Below are positions 9,296 to 18,685 of a stretch of 64,000 nucleotides of DNA, piece by piece. Numbering within the stretch: the first letter of the stretch is position 1; every line of letters begins with the position of its first letter. Source of the DNA: Euryarchaeota archaeon UBA62 (GTDB taxonomy: Archaea; Thermoplasmatota; Poseidoniia; Poseidoniales; Thalassarchaeaceae); contig DAPJ01000005.1 of assembly GCA_002502095.1 (NCBI GenBank), forward strand, positions 156,366 to 220,365, given 5' to 3'. The notes beneath the pieces were generated by a model. That model was not told the origin of the DNA. It saw only the letters and a program-made list of their open reading frames with translations, and did not search any database. The position numbers and the translations under genes were made by a program.

Positions 9296-11314
9296 TCATC
9301 GAGAATCAAAAAGATTCTTCAGAATACTTTCATCTACGATGTTAGGTAATGTGACGTTTAGATCGGGGTCATTATCCATGGCTCTTTTTATTGTCCATAT
9401 AGCCTCATCATTCCTAGCCCATGACCTTCTTGCAATACCATTTTCTACATCCCAAGGAATCATTGATTCTATGGCCCTACTGGATTTTTCTGACCCATCA
9501 ATGTATAGTCCGAAACCCCCATTGATAACCTCTCCCCAGCCAACGCCTCCACCATTGTGGAGACTAACCCAAGTTGCTCCTCTGAACGAGTCGCCAACAA
9601 AATTCTGTACGGCCATATCCGCAGTAAACATAGAGCCGTCCCTGATATTGGCCGTCTCCCTGTATGGACTATCTGTGCCACTGACATCGTGGTGGTCTCT
9701 GCCGAGAACAATGGGTCCAGAAATTTCCCCATTTCTTATAGCATCATTGAACGCTGTAGCGATAGATTTTCTCCCTGTAGAGTCTGCATATAAAATTCTG
9801 GCTTTACTACCGACGACCAGATCATTTTTTGCGGCTTCTTCTATCCATCTGAGATTATCTGAGTATTGTTGCCTGATTCTTTGTGGGGCTTCTGATTGGA
9901 GCTCAGTAAGTATCGAATGGGCTATTGAGTCAGATATTTCTAAATCTTTATCTGAGCCAGAAGTACACACCCAACGAAATGGGCCGAAGCCATAGTCAAA
10001 ACACATTGGCCCCATTATATCTTCAACGTATGAAGGATACTTGAATTGACCATGCCCGTCTACAATGTCAGCACCTGACCTACTGGCCTCCAAGAGAAAT
10101 GCGTTTCCATAGTCCCAGAATTTCATCCCCCTAGAGGACAATTTATTGATCATGTCTGCATGTTTTCTTAGTGACTCCTTTACATGAGCCTTGAAGTCTT
10201 CAGGATTATTTGACAGGAGGTTCTTCGCCTCTTCGAATGTGAATCCTGCGGGAGTATATCCACCTAGCCAGGGATTGTGAAGACTGGTCTGGTCGCTGCC
10301 TAAATCTGGAGTGAGATTATTTTCGATAAGTGCCTCGAGTAAATCAACTATATTTCCAACATAGCCTATTGAGACTGCATCTCCATCATTTACTGCTTGT
10401 CGCGCACGCGATATTACATGTTCCAAATCGTAGTGTAACTCGGATAGCCATCCTTGCTGATGCCTCTTAACGGCCGCGTGAGAGTCTACTTCGGCAATAA
10501 TACAGACAGCACCGGCAATGACAGCAGCCTTCGCCTGAGCTCCAGACATTCCTCCTAGTCCCGATGTGATGAATAGTATCCCGGATAGGTTTGATTCGTT
10601 ATCAATATCCAGATATTTTCTGGCCGCGTTCAATAGGGTAATTGTCGTTCCGTGGACGATTCCCTGTGGCCCTATGTACATGTAGGACCCTGCAGTCATC
10701 TGACCGAACTGCGTCACTCCAAGAGCGTTCATCCTTTCGTAATCTAACTGGGAGGAATAATTCGGAATTACTAGACCATTGGAAATGACTACCCTAGGGG
10801 ACTCAAGACTCGAAGGAAACAATCCAAGGGGATGGCCCGAGTTAATGACAAGCGTCTGATTATCATTCATCTTTGAAAGTAATTCCATTGTGACTAGGTA
10901 CTGTGCCCAATTTTGGAAAACTGATCCATTGCCCCCGTATGTAACCAACTCATGTGGATACTGAGCAACTGAAGGATCCAAGTTATTCTGAATCATTAAC
11001 ATTACAGAAGCTGCAGAGGGGGAGATAGATGGATAGTGATCGATCGGTCTAGAGTACATTTCGTAATCTGGCCTAAATCTATGCATGTAAATATGGCCAA
11101 AGTCCTCTAATTCTTGTAAAAACTCGGCTGCTAACACATTATGCCAATCCTCAGGGAAATATCTCAATGAGTTTTTAATAGCCAATTTCTTCTCAGATTC
11201 ACTGAGTACTTGTGGCCTAACAGGGGCGTGTGGGACTGAGTCATCTAACGATTTAACAGGGGGCAAATGATCAGGAATTCCGACCAATATCTGTTCTTTG
11301 AATGTTAATCCCAT
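9296..11314 (-). CDS. hutU: Urocanate hydratase, long (~670 aa) form
   Basis: 672 aa with GLGGMSGAQAKAAVIAG, YPHELVTYGGNGSVFQNW and LHNGGGVGWGE blocks. There is an N-terminal extension with the LRYFPEDWH...GHIYMHRFRP segment. Confidence 0.92.
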   Translation of the reverse strand: MGLTFKEQILVGIPDHLPPVKSLDDSVPHAPVRPQVLSESEKKLAIKNSLRYFPEDWHNVLAAEFLQELEDFGHIYMHRFRPDYEMYSRPIDHYPSISPSAASVMLMIQNNLDPSVAQYPHELVTYGGNGSVFQNWAQYLVTMELLSKMNDNQTLVINSGHPLGLFPSSLESPRVVISNGLVIPNYSSQLDYERMNALGVTQFGQMTAGSYMYIGPQGIVHGTTITLLNAARKYLDIDNESNLSGILFITSGLGGMSGAQAKAAVIAGAVCIIAEVDSHAAVKRHQQGWLSELHYDLEHVISRARQAVNDGDAVSIGYVGNIVDLLEALIENNLTPDLGSDQTSLHNPWLGGYTPAGFTFEEAKNLLSNNPEDFKAHVKESLRKHADMINKLSSRGMKFWDYGNAFLLEASRSGADIVDGHGQFKYPSYVEDIMGPMCFDYGFGPFRWVCTSGSDKDLEISDSIAHSILTELQSEAPQRIRQQYSDNLRWIEEAAKNDLVVGSKARILYADSTGRKSIATAFNDAIRNGEISGPIVLGRDHHDVSGTDSPYRETANIRDGSMFTADMAVQNFVGDSFRGATWVSLHNGGGVGWGEVINGGFGLYIDGSEKSSRAIESMIPWDVENGIARRSWARNDEAIWTIKRAMDNDPDLNVTLPNIVDESILKNLFDSR

Positions 11315-11940
11315 TTCAGTCTCTCCATTATAATGGACTCGATAGTAGTAGAGCTAGCAAGAGATGCTTTCAGAAGGCTTTCCATCTCTTGAGCTATGTC
11401 TTTCTTTTCATCAGTGTCATCCAAGGAATCTAAATTAATTTGGACATTGTAAGAAGCTATTTTTGAAGATGCGTATGCCAATTCAGATGATGCGAGAAGA
11501 TCTGTAAGGGCATTGGGATTGCCGGTTCTTGATAGTCCCATAATCGATTGTAGAAAATCAGATGAAGCTCTCATTATTTTCAGTGGCACAAATGCGGCAT
11601 TAATTGTAGAAGATTCGATAGCCTCGGCCCTAATTGATTTCTGGAGTTCATTGTCTCTTGGGAGCCTATACGAATCCATTACGGCATCAAATGCAGAAGC
11701 ATCTTCATCAGCAAGTAATAGAGAAAGGTCGATTCCTTTGGTAGATAATTCTATCACTTCCGATGCAGAATTATGACCTTCTGACCATTTTTCCTTACCT
11801 AGGGTCAACCTGGATACCATCATACCCAGAGCATGCGCATGCGCAAGAGAAAGCGCGGCAACTGAGCCACCTCCTGGCGTAGGACTGGAGGATGATATTC
11901 TTGACAAGACATCGGCATATCCATCATTCAAGTTAATCAC
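11305..11940 (-). CDS. Formimidoyltetrahydrofolate cyclodeaminase
   Basis: 211 aa with the PTPGGGSVAALSLAHA motif of the FTCD C-terminal (cyclodeaminase) domain. It overlaps hutU by 10 nt and the transferase gene by 8 nt. Confidence 0.85.
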   Translation of the reverse strand: MINLNDGYADVLSRISSSSPTPGGGSVAALSLAHAHALGMMVSRLTLGKEKWSEGHNSASEVIELSTKGIDLSLLLADEDASAFDAVMDSYRLPRDNELQKSIRAEAIESSTINAAFVPLKIMRASSDFLQSIMGLSRTGNPNALTDLLASSELAYASSKIASYNVQINLDSLDDTDEKKDIAQEMESLLKASLASSTTIESIIMERLKWD

Positions 11941-12967
11941 CTCGTATTGCTAGCTCGATAATCGAGGAGCTGATATCAAACTCATGTAAGCCTTCCAATT
12001 CCAAACCATCGACTGCATGTTGTAAAATATTGTTTTCATTTGCCTCTTCTGAGTCTGGACAATAATGGATTCCTGCTTGAATCATTGCCTGCATTGGGAC
12101 TAATCCGACAAGCTCGCTTGCAGTGACCGTGAGTCCTAGTTTACCAGCCTCTGACCTTATTGCATCTGTAACATCATGAAGACCGGTAATAGTGTGATCG
12201 AGTAAGTTCATAGATACCTGAGCCGTATCTTCGTCATACATCCATCCAGCCGCCTGTAAGGCTTTGAATTTACCAGGCTCTCTAATTGTAATTCCATCTG
12301 GGTCTACCAATTTATTTCCTTGATCATCCCTCTTAATAACACCGCTTGTACGAATTTTTCCAGCGATTATATTTGCAAGTGATTTATCATGTGTACTTAG
12401 ATTAACATTGTATGCAATTAGAATTTGCCTAGCTCCAGTAGCTGTAACCCCGGAACGTGGTAAGAACTCTGAAGGACCAAAATCGGGCTCCCACTCTGGA
12501 TCAGATAGTTTTTCTTTGAAAGCTTCATACTCACCTTTCCTGATATCTGGTAGTTTTACACGTCTTTCATTTCTAGCTGATTCGGCGTAAAGGAATACTG
12601 GGATGCCATATTTTTCAGACACAGCCTTGGCGTAACGCTCTGAAAGATCGATGCACTCGTCCATTGAGGAGTTACTAAGAGGAATGAAAGGGACTACATC
12701 AATAGCACCCATTCTAGCGTGTTCGCCGGAGTGTTTTGACATGTCAATTAATTCTAATGCGACTCCAGTAGATTTTATTGCGGCTTCCAAAACAGCTTCC
12801 GGACCACCGACCATAGTAACTACGGTTCGATTAAAATCGGCCCCCATGTCAACATCCAGTAGGCTCACTCCATCTACGCTTGTAATGGAATCAATGATGG
12901 CGTCTATGATATCTTTATCTCTACCTTCACTAAAGTTAGGAACGCACTCGATCAACGGTTGGCCCAT
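11933..12967 (-). CDS. ftcD: Glutamate formimidoyltransferase
   Basis: 344 aa with the N-terminal IECVPNFSEGRD signature of the FTCD N-terminal domain. Confidence 0.88.
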   Translation of the reverse strand: MGQPLIECVPNFSEGRDKDIIDAIIDSITSVDGVSLLDVDMGADFNRTVVTMVGGPEAVLEAAIKSTGVALELIDMSKHSGEHARMGAIDVVPFIPLSNSSMDECIDLSERYAKAVSEKYGIPVFLYAESARNERRVKLPDIRKGEYEAFKEKLSDPEWEPDFGPSEFLPRSGVTATGARQILIAYNVNLSTHDKSLANIIAGKIRTSGVIKRDDQGNKLVDPDGITIREPGKFKALQAAGWMYDEDTAQVSMNLLDHTITGLHDVTDAIRSEAGKLGLTVTASELVGLVPMQAMIQAGIHYCPDSEEANENNILQHAVDGLELEGLHEFDISSSIIELAIRGD

Positions 12968-13003
12968 GGCCTCGCATGGAGATTAAGGGATTAGGATTAC
13001 TCA

Positions 13004-14218
13004 TCAGTCATATAATCCAGAAGAGTTGTCAGTTCTGCCTTTCTCACTGTTTAGTGTAAGCTTCTCTAGTGAATTTAGGAAATCAGATTTTGTTATCTTT
13101 TTATTACCCTTGGATATTGCACTAACCCCTGCTTCGACAACGAGCGATTTTATCTCGGCACCGCTAAAACCATCGGTTTTTGAAGCGATTTCTTCTAGCT
13201 TAATTCTGTTCGATATAGGAGTATTCTTAGTGTGTACCTTAAGAATTGAAAGTCTACCATCCTCGTCTGGAAGAGGAATCTCAACTATTCTATCAAATCT
13301 ACCAGGCCTCAATAAAGCATTGTCAAGAAGCTCCGGCCTATTCGTAGCGGCGATAATTTTCACGTCCTCTAGTGGAGCGAATCCATCCAATTCTGACAGA
13401 AGTTGCATTAGTGTTCTTTGAACTTCCCTATCACCGGAAGTAGCACTGTCGAGCCTCTTAGAACCTATGGCGTCGAGTTCATCTATGAATACAATGGCTG
13501 GGGCCCTTTTTCTAGCGAGGTCGAATATTTCTCTAACTAATCTTCCTCCTTCGCCAATGTATTTCTGAGCTAATTCAGAGGCAACTAAACCTAGGAAGAC
13601 AGCATTAGTGGAATTTGCTACAGCTTTGGCCAACATAGTCTTTCCAGTGCCGGGAGGGCCGGTTAACAGAACTCCTTTTGGAGGGTCAATGGAGAACCTC
13701 TCGAAATCATCACGATTTGTGAAAGATAGCTCTACCGCTTCACGAATTTGAATGATCTGTTCTTCAAGTCCGCCAACGTCATCAAAAGTAACGGACGGTT
13801 TTTCAATTATCTCAGAAGTAACGACAAGGGGGTCCCAAGAGTCGGATAAAACCTCAATTACAGAGAGATTATCCTGATTTAATGCAACTCTGGCTCCGGG
13901 AGTCAAGAGGGATTCATCGATACGAGGATTGATGGAAACTAGGAAGACTGTACCATTTGAACTCCTGACTATTGCTCCTTCATCAGTGAGGTCCTGAATA
14001 TGGCCTATTACCATAGGTGGAGTTCTGAGATTCCTAATCTCTTCCTCGAGGCGACTTGCGCGCTTCTTAACTTGGGATATTTCGCTCTCCAATAGTAACT
14101 TATCAGTCAGGAGTTGCTGTGCAGTTTCTGATAGTACCTTGATTTCAGATTGAAGATTTGAAACTGAGGATATGTTGGAGGGGTCTTCCTGACGTTGTGC
14201 GTCCGAGCCAGTTGCCAT
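13004..14218 (-). CDS. pan: Proteasome-activating nucleotidase (AAA+ Rpt-like)
   Basis: 404 aa. It has an N-terminal coiled coil, Walker A GPPGTGKT, Walker B IVFIDELD, and a C-terminal hydrophobic-Tyr-X tail (LYD). Confidence 0.92.
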   Translation of the reverse strand: MATGSDAQRQEDPSNISSVSNLQSEIKVLSETAQQLLTDKLLLESEISQVKKRASRLEEEIRNLRTPPMVIGHIQDLTDEGAIVRSSNGTVFLVSINPRIDESLLTPGARVALNQDNLSVIEVLSDSWDPLVVTSEIIEKPSVTFDDVGGLEEQIIQIREAVELSFTNRDDFERFSIDPPKGVLLTGPPGTGKTMLAKAVANSTNAVFLGLVASELAQKYIGEGGRLVREIFDLARKRAPAIVFIDELDAIGSKRLDSATSGDREVQRTLMQLLSELDGFAPLEDVKIIAATNRPELLDNALLRPGRFDRIVEIPLPDEDGRLSILKVHTKNTPISNRIKLEEIASKTDGFSGAEIKSLVVEAGVSAISKGNKKITKSDFLNSLEKLTLNSEKGRTDNSSGLYD

Positions 14219-14229
14219 GAGTCTCGTAA

Positions 14230-14254
14230 GGGGTATTTGATTTCAAATAACCCC
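14230..14254. promoter_or_regulatory. Near-palindromic AT-rich element in the pan/mbf1 divergent spacer. Candidate BRE/TATA for pan
   Basis: GGGGTATTTGA-TT-TCAAATAACCCC. On the minus strand it reads GGGG-TTATTTGAAA, centred about 28 nt upstream of the pan ATG (14218), which implies a leaderless transcript. Confidence 0.3.
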
Positions 14255-14287
14255 AACCCATATGTTCGAGTTCTCGTTGGAGCATAC

Positions 14288-14773
14288 ATGGCAACCTGTG
14301 AAATGTGTGGGACGGATAGAGTTACAACATTTCTTTCGGAAATCTCAGGAGCTAGGCTAAGATGTTGTTCAAGATGTATCGAATCTAATAACTTGACAGT
14401 CTTGGAAAGAAGAACTGCAACACAAACAGTAACAAGACCTGTTTCATCTAAGACAAGAACATATACGAAAAATATCACTAAGATGGAGAAAGAAGTGGCT
14501 AGAGATTTCCATATTAGAATCAAAAATGCAAGAGAGGGGAAGGGATGGACTGCGCGAGAAATGGCCAAGAGGCTAAATCTACGACTTAATGATATTCAGA
14601 AAACCGAAGCGGGAGTTCGTCCTGCTGATAATATTCTCGAGAAAATAGCTAAAGCACTGGATATCTCACTCTTCGAAGAGAGCATATCAGAACCTGAGAG
14701 GAACATTAAGGCCCCCAGTAGCAGAAGTATGACAATAGGAGATGCTCTAGATGAGTTCCTTGCGAAAGAATGA
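14288..14773 (+). CDS. mbf1: Archaeal multiprotein bridging factor 1 (zinc ribbon + Cro/C1 HTH)
   Basis: The ORF track begins at 14195 and overlaps pan. The ATG at 14288 gives MATCEMCG...CCSRC (zinc ribbon) followed by the HTH IKNAREGKGWTAREMAKRLNLRLNDIQKTEAG. Confidence 0.8.
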   Translation: MATCEMCGTDRVTTFLSEISGARLRCCSRCIESNNLTVLERRTATQTVTRPVSSKTRTYTKNITKMEKEVARDFHIRIKNAREGKGWTAREMAKRLNLRLNDIQKTEAGVRPADNILEKIAKALDISLFEESISEPERNIKAPSSRSMTIGDALDEFLAKE

Positions 14774-15308
14774 GTTCGAGGACGTCCCTCTGCATGTCAT
14801 ACACCTAGATCAAGATGACCCCAAGAAATGTAGTGCCAGGAGACTATCTAAACACGGACATGCGATTCTCCATAAATCTACTCGAGCGGCGCCGAAGAGA
14901 GGATTTCTTCTAGATCCTTCTAGTGGAATCCTGATGGGGCCAGATGACATGAAGTCAGTATCACGTGGAGGGTCCATCGTAGCACTAGACTGTTCTTGGA
15001 AGAGACTGGAAGAGTCTTTAGATTCTATTTCTAAGTACACCAGACTAGAAGGTAGAACCCTTCCAGTACTATTGGCTGCTAACCCAATATCCTGGGGCAA
15101 ACCGGGAAGGCTTTCTACCGCGGAGGCATTCGCATCATCACTGTTCATTCTTGGCAGAAAAGAGCAGGCAAAGAGGATATTATCATGCCTCCCATATGGA
15201 GATGCTTTTCTCGAATTGAATAGGATGCCACTGGAAGCATATTCGGATGCACAAACCAATCAAGAATTAGCTGAATTGCAGTGGGAATTTTTTGATAGAC
15301 CTGAATAG
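14751..15308 (+). CDS. tsr3: 16S rRNA aminocarboxypropyltransferase Tsr3
   Basis: 185 aa with the DQDDPKKCSARRL and VALDCSW motifs of the Tsr3/DUF367 family. It overlaps the mbf1 3' end by 23 nt. Confidence 0.8.
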   Translation: MSSLRKNEFEDVPLHVIHLDQDDPKKCSARRLSKHGHAILHKSTRAAPKRGFLLDPSSGILMGPDDMKSVSRGGSIVALDCSWKRLEESLDSISKYTRLEGRTLPVLLAANPISWGKPGRLSTAEAFASSLFILGRKEQAKRILSCLPYGDAFLELNRMPLEAYSDAQTNQELAELQWEFFDRPE

Positions 15309-15312
15309 GCCA

Positions 15313-16368
15313 CTACTCGCTCTCCTCAACTCTCTGTTTTGCTAGTTCTCTCATATCCTCGTGATGTGAGCCCTCGTCTATTGCTACCTGATCTGACTCG
15401 TCTACAATCTCGACACCAAGGAGAGTTTCAATTACATCTTCCATTGTAACTAATCCTTCAGTTCCTCCAAACTCGTCTTTGACAATTAGAATCTGAGATT
15501 TTGTCTCAAGGAGAATATCCAATGCCCTGTCTACGGAGTCGTTATCGCTACAGATATCAACAGGCCTAGAAATCTCTGACATCTTCTTACTGTACTCATC
15601 GACGGCAGCTCTACGAAGTATCTCACTTCTTAGAACGACTCCTCGAACATCGTCAATATTCCCTCCTGTTACTGGCATTCTACCGTGGACCATTATTGGT
15701 ATCCTCTCCAAAACATCAGAAACAGTATCATCAACAGATACTGAAGTTACTACTACTCTTGGAGTCATGATATCACTGACCTTGATTTCTCTGAGTTTCA
15801 ACAGATTCTGAATTACCGCCTCTTCATCTTCTTCAATTACATCAGTCTCTTCGGCTATATCGGCCAATACAGAAAGCTCGTCCCTTGTAACAGTCTCAGT
15901 CTCTACTGCAGGCAAAAGAGACCTTGTAATCTCTATCGGCTTGACTATGATCCATAGGGCGAACATCATAGCTTTCATTATCCTAGCTGACGGAATAGTA
16001 AGTTTCCTCCAGTATAGAGCTCCGATAGTCTTGGGTAGAATCTCGCTAAGTAACAGAATTGCCAAGGTTAAGACAGCGGCGGCTACATGCACAATCATGC
16101 CTCCTCCGAACTGGGTCTGTACTTCAGCGCCGACTCCCAAGGCTCCTACGGTATGGGCTATGGTATTCAAGGTCAATATTGCAGTAAGAGGCCGTTCAGG
16201 GTCATCTTTCCATTGTGACCAGAGATCGCTCACTTTGGGGTGTGTATCTTTGAGGGCGGCTATATGTCCGTGACTAGTAGAAAGTAGTACTGCTTCCAGA
16301 ATACTGCACAGGAAGGATGCTCCAAGAGCTAGTGTCGAATAAGCTATGATTAGCGTGTAGTCTACCAA
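15313..16368 (-). CDS. CNNM/CorC-type membrane protein (DUF21 transmembrane domain + CBS pair)
   Basis: 351 aa. Four N-terminal hydrophobic helices are followed by two CBS-like repeats (VSDIMTPRVVV..., ILIVKDEFGGTEGLVTMEDVIETLLG). There is no CorC_HlyC C-terminal domain. Confidence 0.8.
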   Translation of the reverse strand: MVDYTLIIAYSTLALGASFLCSILEAVLLSTSHGHIAALKDTHPKVSDLWSQWKDDPERPLTAILTLNTIAHTVGALGVGAEVQTQFGGGMIVHVAAAVLTLAILLLSEILPKTIGALYWRKLTIPSARIMKAMMFALWIIVKPIEITRSLLPAVETETVTRDELSVLADIAEETDVIEEDEEAVIQNLLKLREIKVSDIMTPRVVVTSVSVDDTVSDVLERIPIMVHGRMPVTGGNIDDVRGVVLRSEILRRAAVDEYSKKMSEISRPVDICSDNDSVDRALDILLETKSQILIVKDEFGGTEGLVTMEDVIETLLGVEIVDESDQVAIDEGSHHEDMRELAKQRVEESE

Positions 16369-16452
16369 CTATCTTTCCTCACTTTTGAGCGAAAATTAAA
16401 CATGTGCGTGACACGAATGGCTGCTCCCAATTGCCTTACGACCGATTGCGAC

Positions 16453-16459
16453 ATAAATA
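16453..16459 (+). promoter_or_regulatory. Candidate TATA box for metG (leaderless)
   Basis: ATAAATA is centred about 24 nt upstream of the GTG start at 16480, and no Shine-Dalgarno lies between them. Confidence 0.35.
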
Positions 16460-16479
16460 GGTGACTGACCGCTAACCAT

Positions 16480-18681
16480 GTGCCGGAGCCGGAATATGTC
16501 ACAATTTTCATGGCTTGGCCATACGTAAATGCGCCATTACACCTAGGCCATGTAGCTGGAAATTGCCTTCCGGCGGATATTCAATACAGGTATGAAAGAG
16601 CCAGGGGGAGAAGGGTTCTGATGTGCAGTGGGTCCGATGAACACGGAACTCCGATAACAATTACTGCTGAGCAGCTGGGCGTTTCACCGCAGGAGATTGT
16701 AGACAAATATCATGATCTCGCCCTTGACTCTCTAACTAAGCTAGGCTGTGCCTGGCCTCAGAACATTGATTCAAGAGGTATCGAATATGGAGGAGCATTG
16801 TACAATAGAACTTCAGATTCGAGACATAAAGAGTTGGTTCGTGATGTTTTTACTCAATTATTGGATTCGGGATTATTGCAGAAGCAGACAATGAAACAAT
16901 ATTGCTCAATTTCAGAAGGTAAAGTTAGATTCCTCCCTGATAGATACGTAGAAGGGACCTGTCCTGTTTGCGGGGAAGGTGAAGCACGTGGCGACCAATG
17001 TGATGAATGTGGCTCAACATATGAGGCACATGAGTTACTCAATCCATTATCCAAATTGGATCCGAAAGCGGATATAGAGGTCAGAGATACCGACCATTTC
17101 TTCTTCAGATTAGATATGTTTCAAGAGAGCCTCGAAAAATATGCATCCACTAGGCAGTATATTTGGAAGCCTAATGTTAGATCAATGACCAAGAACTGGC
17201 TAAATATGGGCCTTAGGCCAAGAGCAGTGACAAGAGACATAGAATGGGGAATAGACATTCCACTATCAGGAAATGAATGGTCTTCGAAGAGTATCTATGT
17301 GTGGTTTGAGGCGGTTCAGGGGTACTATTCCTGTGCAAGAATATGGTCCGAAAGATATGCTACTGCAAATAATCACCCTGATGGAGACTCAGCATGGGAA
17401 AACTGGTGGAAGAAGAGCCCTAGTGGAGAGTCACCAAAGCACATTTACTTCATGGGCAAGGACAACATCCCCTTCCATACAATTATTTGGCCAGCACTCA
17501 TTATGGGAATTAATGCATCATCTAACAATGGAAAGATAACCAGTGAGGCCTTTGAAGGAGATTTAGTAATGGGAACAAACGTTTCATCTAATGAATACCT
17601 CATGTTGCAGGGAGGGCAATTCAGCAAGAGCAGGAAACACGCAGTATGGTTGCCGTCATTCTTGGAGAGATATGATGCCGACTGTCTAAGATATTACTTA
17701 TCCATAAATATGCCAGAAACCCATGATACTGATTTCAGATGGGAAGAATTCGTTGACAGGGTGAATAATGAGCTAATCGGAACATATGGAAACTTTGTAC
17801 ATAGGGTGATGACACTGACAAATAGGTTAGCAACAGATGAGGGGAACCCGTTACTGAAATATGACGATATTGAAAAGCATTCAGAAATTATCTCACAGTG
17901 CGACGATCTCGTACGTTCAGCAATAGATTCTATGGAAAGGCAGAGGTTCAAGGAAGCATTGAGATCAATTATGTCAATAGCACAAATTGGTAATCAATTG
18001 CTACAGAGATGTGCACCGTGGAAATTTCTAAAGTCCGAAGAATCACAGGAGAAAGAGTACTCTCTTTCAGGGCTAGCCCTTTCGTGGAGGCTTTGTAGAA
18101 CGTTATCAATATGTACAAGGCCATTCATGCCGTTTCAATCAGAGAGGCTATGGGAAATGCTTGGTGAGAAGACCGAACTTGACAGTCAATTATGGGATAG
18201 TTCGACAGATTACTCCTCGGACCTCCAGTGGAGCGGAATTTCTCCAGAGCCTCTTTTCACTAGGCTGGACCTTGATGAAATCCTTACACATGAAATGTCA
18301 TTGGCCAATGATATTAATGAGGACCCCGTCGAGAATGATAAGGAAGGAGCTGATTACATAGATTTTGAAGATTTCATGAAGGTCGAGATGAGGACCGGTA
18401 AAGTCATTTCTGTTGAAGAACATCCCAATGCGGACAAGCTCTACGTAGTAACAATACAGGACAGCCCTGATTCAACTAGGACCGTGTGTGCAGGACTCAA
18501 AGAATATTATGATCCAACGGATTTAGAAGGTTTGAATGTTGTATTCGTAGCTAATTTAGAGCCTAGGAAACTTAGAGGAGTATTGTCGGAAGGAATGTTA
18601 CTAGCCGCAGATGATGGAGACGGTAATGTCAGCATTCTGACTACTAAAGGAGACATCGGCACTGGTTCAAGGGTCAGGTAA
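16480..18681 (+). CDS. metG: Methionyl-tRNA synthetase with C-terminal tRNA-binding (Trbp111/EMAP-like) domain
   Basis: 733 aa with HIGH-type HLGH, zinc knuckle CPVCGEGEARGDQCDECG, KMSKS-type QFSKSRKH, and a C-terminal OB domain (HPNADKLYVVTIQD). Confidence 0.93.
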   Translation: MPEPEYVTIFMAWPYVNAPLHLGHVAGNCLPADIQYRYERARGRRVLMCSGSDEHGTPITITAEQLGVSPQEIVDKYHDLALDSLTKLGCAWPQNIDSRGIEYGGALYNRTSDSRHKELVRDVFTQLLDSGLLQKQTMKQYCSISEGKVRFLPDRYVEGTCPVCGEGEARGDQCDECGSTYEAHELLNPLSKLDPKADIEVRDTDHFFFRLDMFQESLEKYASTRQYIWKPNVRSMTKNWLNMGLRPRAVTRDIEWGIDIPLSGNEWSSKSIYVWFEAVQGYYSCARIWSERYATANNHPDGDSAWENWWKKSPSGESPKHIYFMGKDNIPFHTIIWPALIMGINASSNNGKITSEAFEGDLVMGTNVSSNEYLMLQGGQFSKSRKHAVWLPSFLERYDADCLRYYLSINMPETHDTDFRWEEFVDRVNNELIGTYGNFVHRVMTLTNRLATDEGNPLLKYDDIEKHSEIISQCDDLVRSAIDSMERQRFKEALRSIMSIAQIGNQLLQRCAPWKFLKSEESQEKEYSLSGLALSWRLCRTLSICTRPFMPFQSERLWEMLGEKTELDSQLWDSSTDYSSDLQWSGISPEPLFTRLDLDEILTHEMSLANDINEDPVENDKEGADYIDFEDFMKVEMRTGKVISVEEHPNADKLYVVTIQDSPDSTRTVCAGLKEYYDPTDLEGLNVVFVANLEPRKLRGVLSEGMLLAADDGDGNVSILTTKGDIGTGSRVR

Positions 18682-18685
18682 CCCA

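Noticed and set aside
9339-9995. 218-aa ORF antisense to hutU. This is long for an AT-leaning genome.
   Set aside because: It lies entirely inside a very well supported gene. Its translation is S/L/P-rich low complexity with no motif, which is typical of antisense reading of a real CDS. No promoter or SD context is visible.
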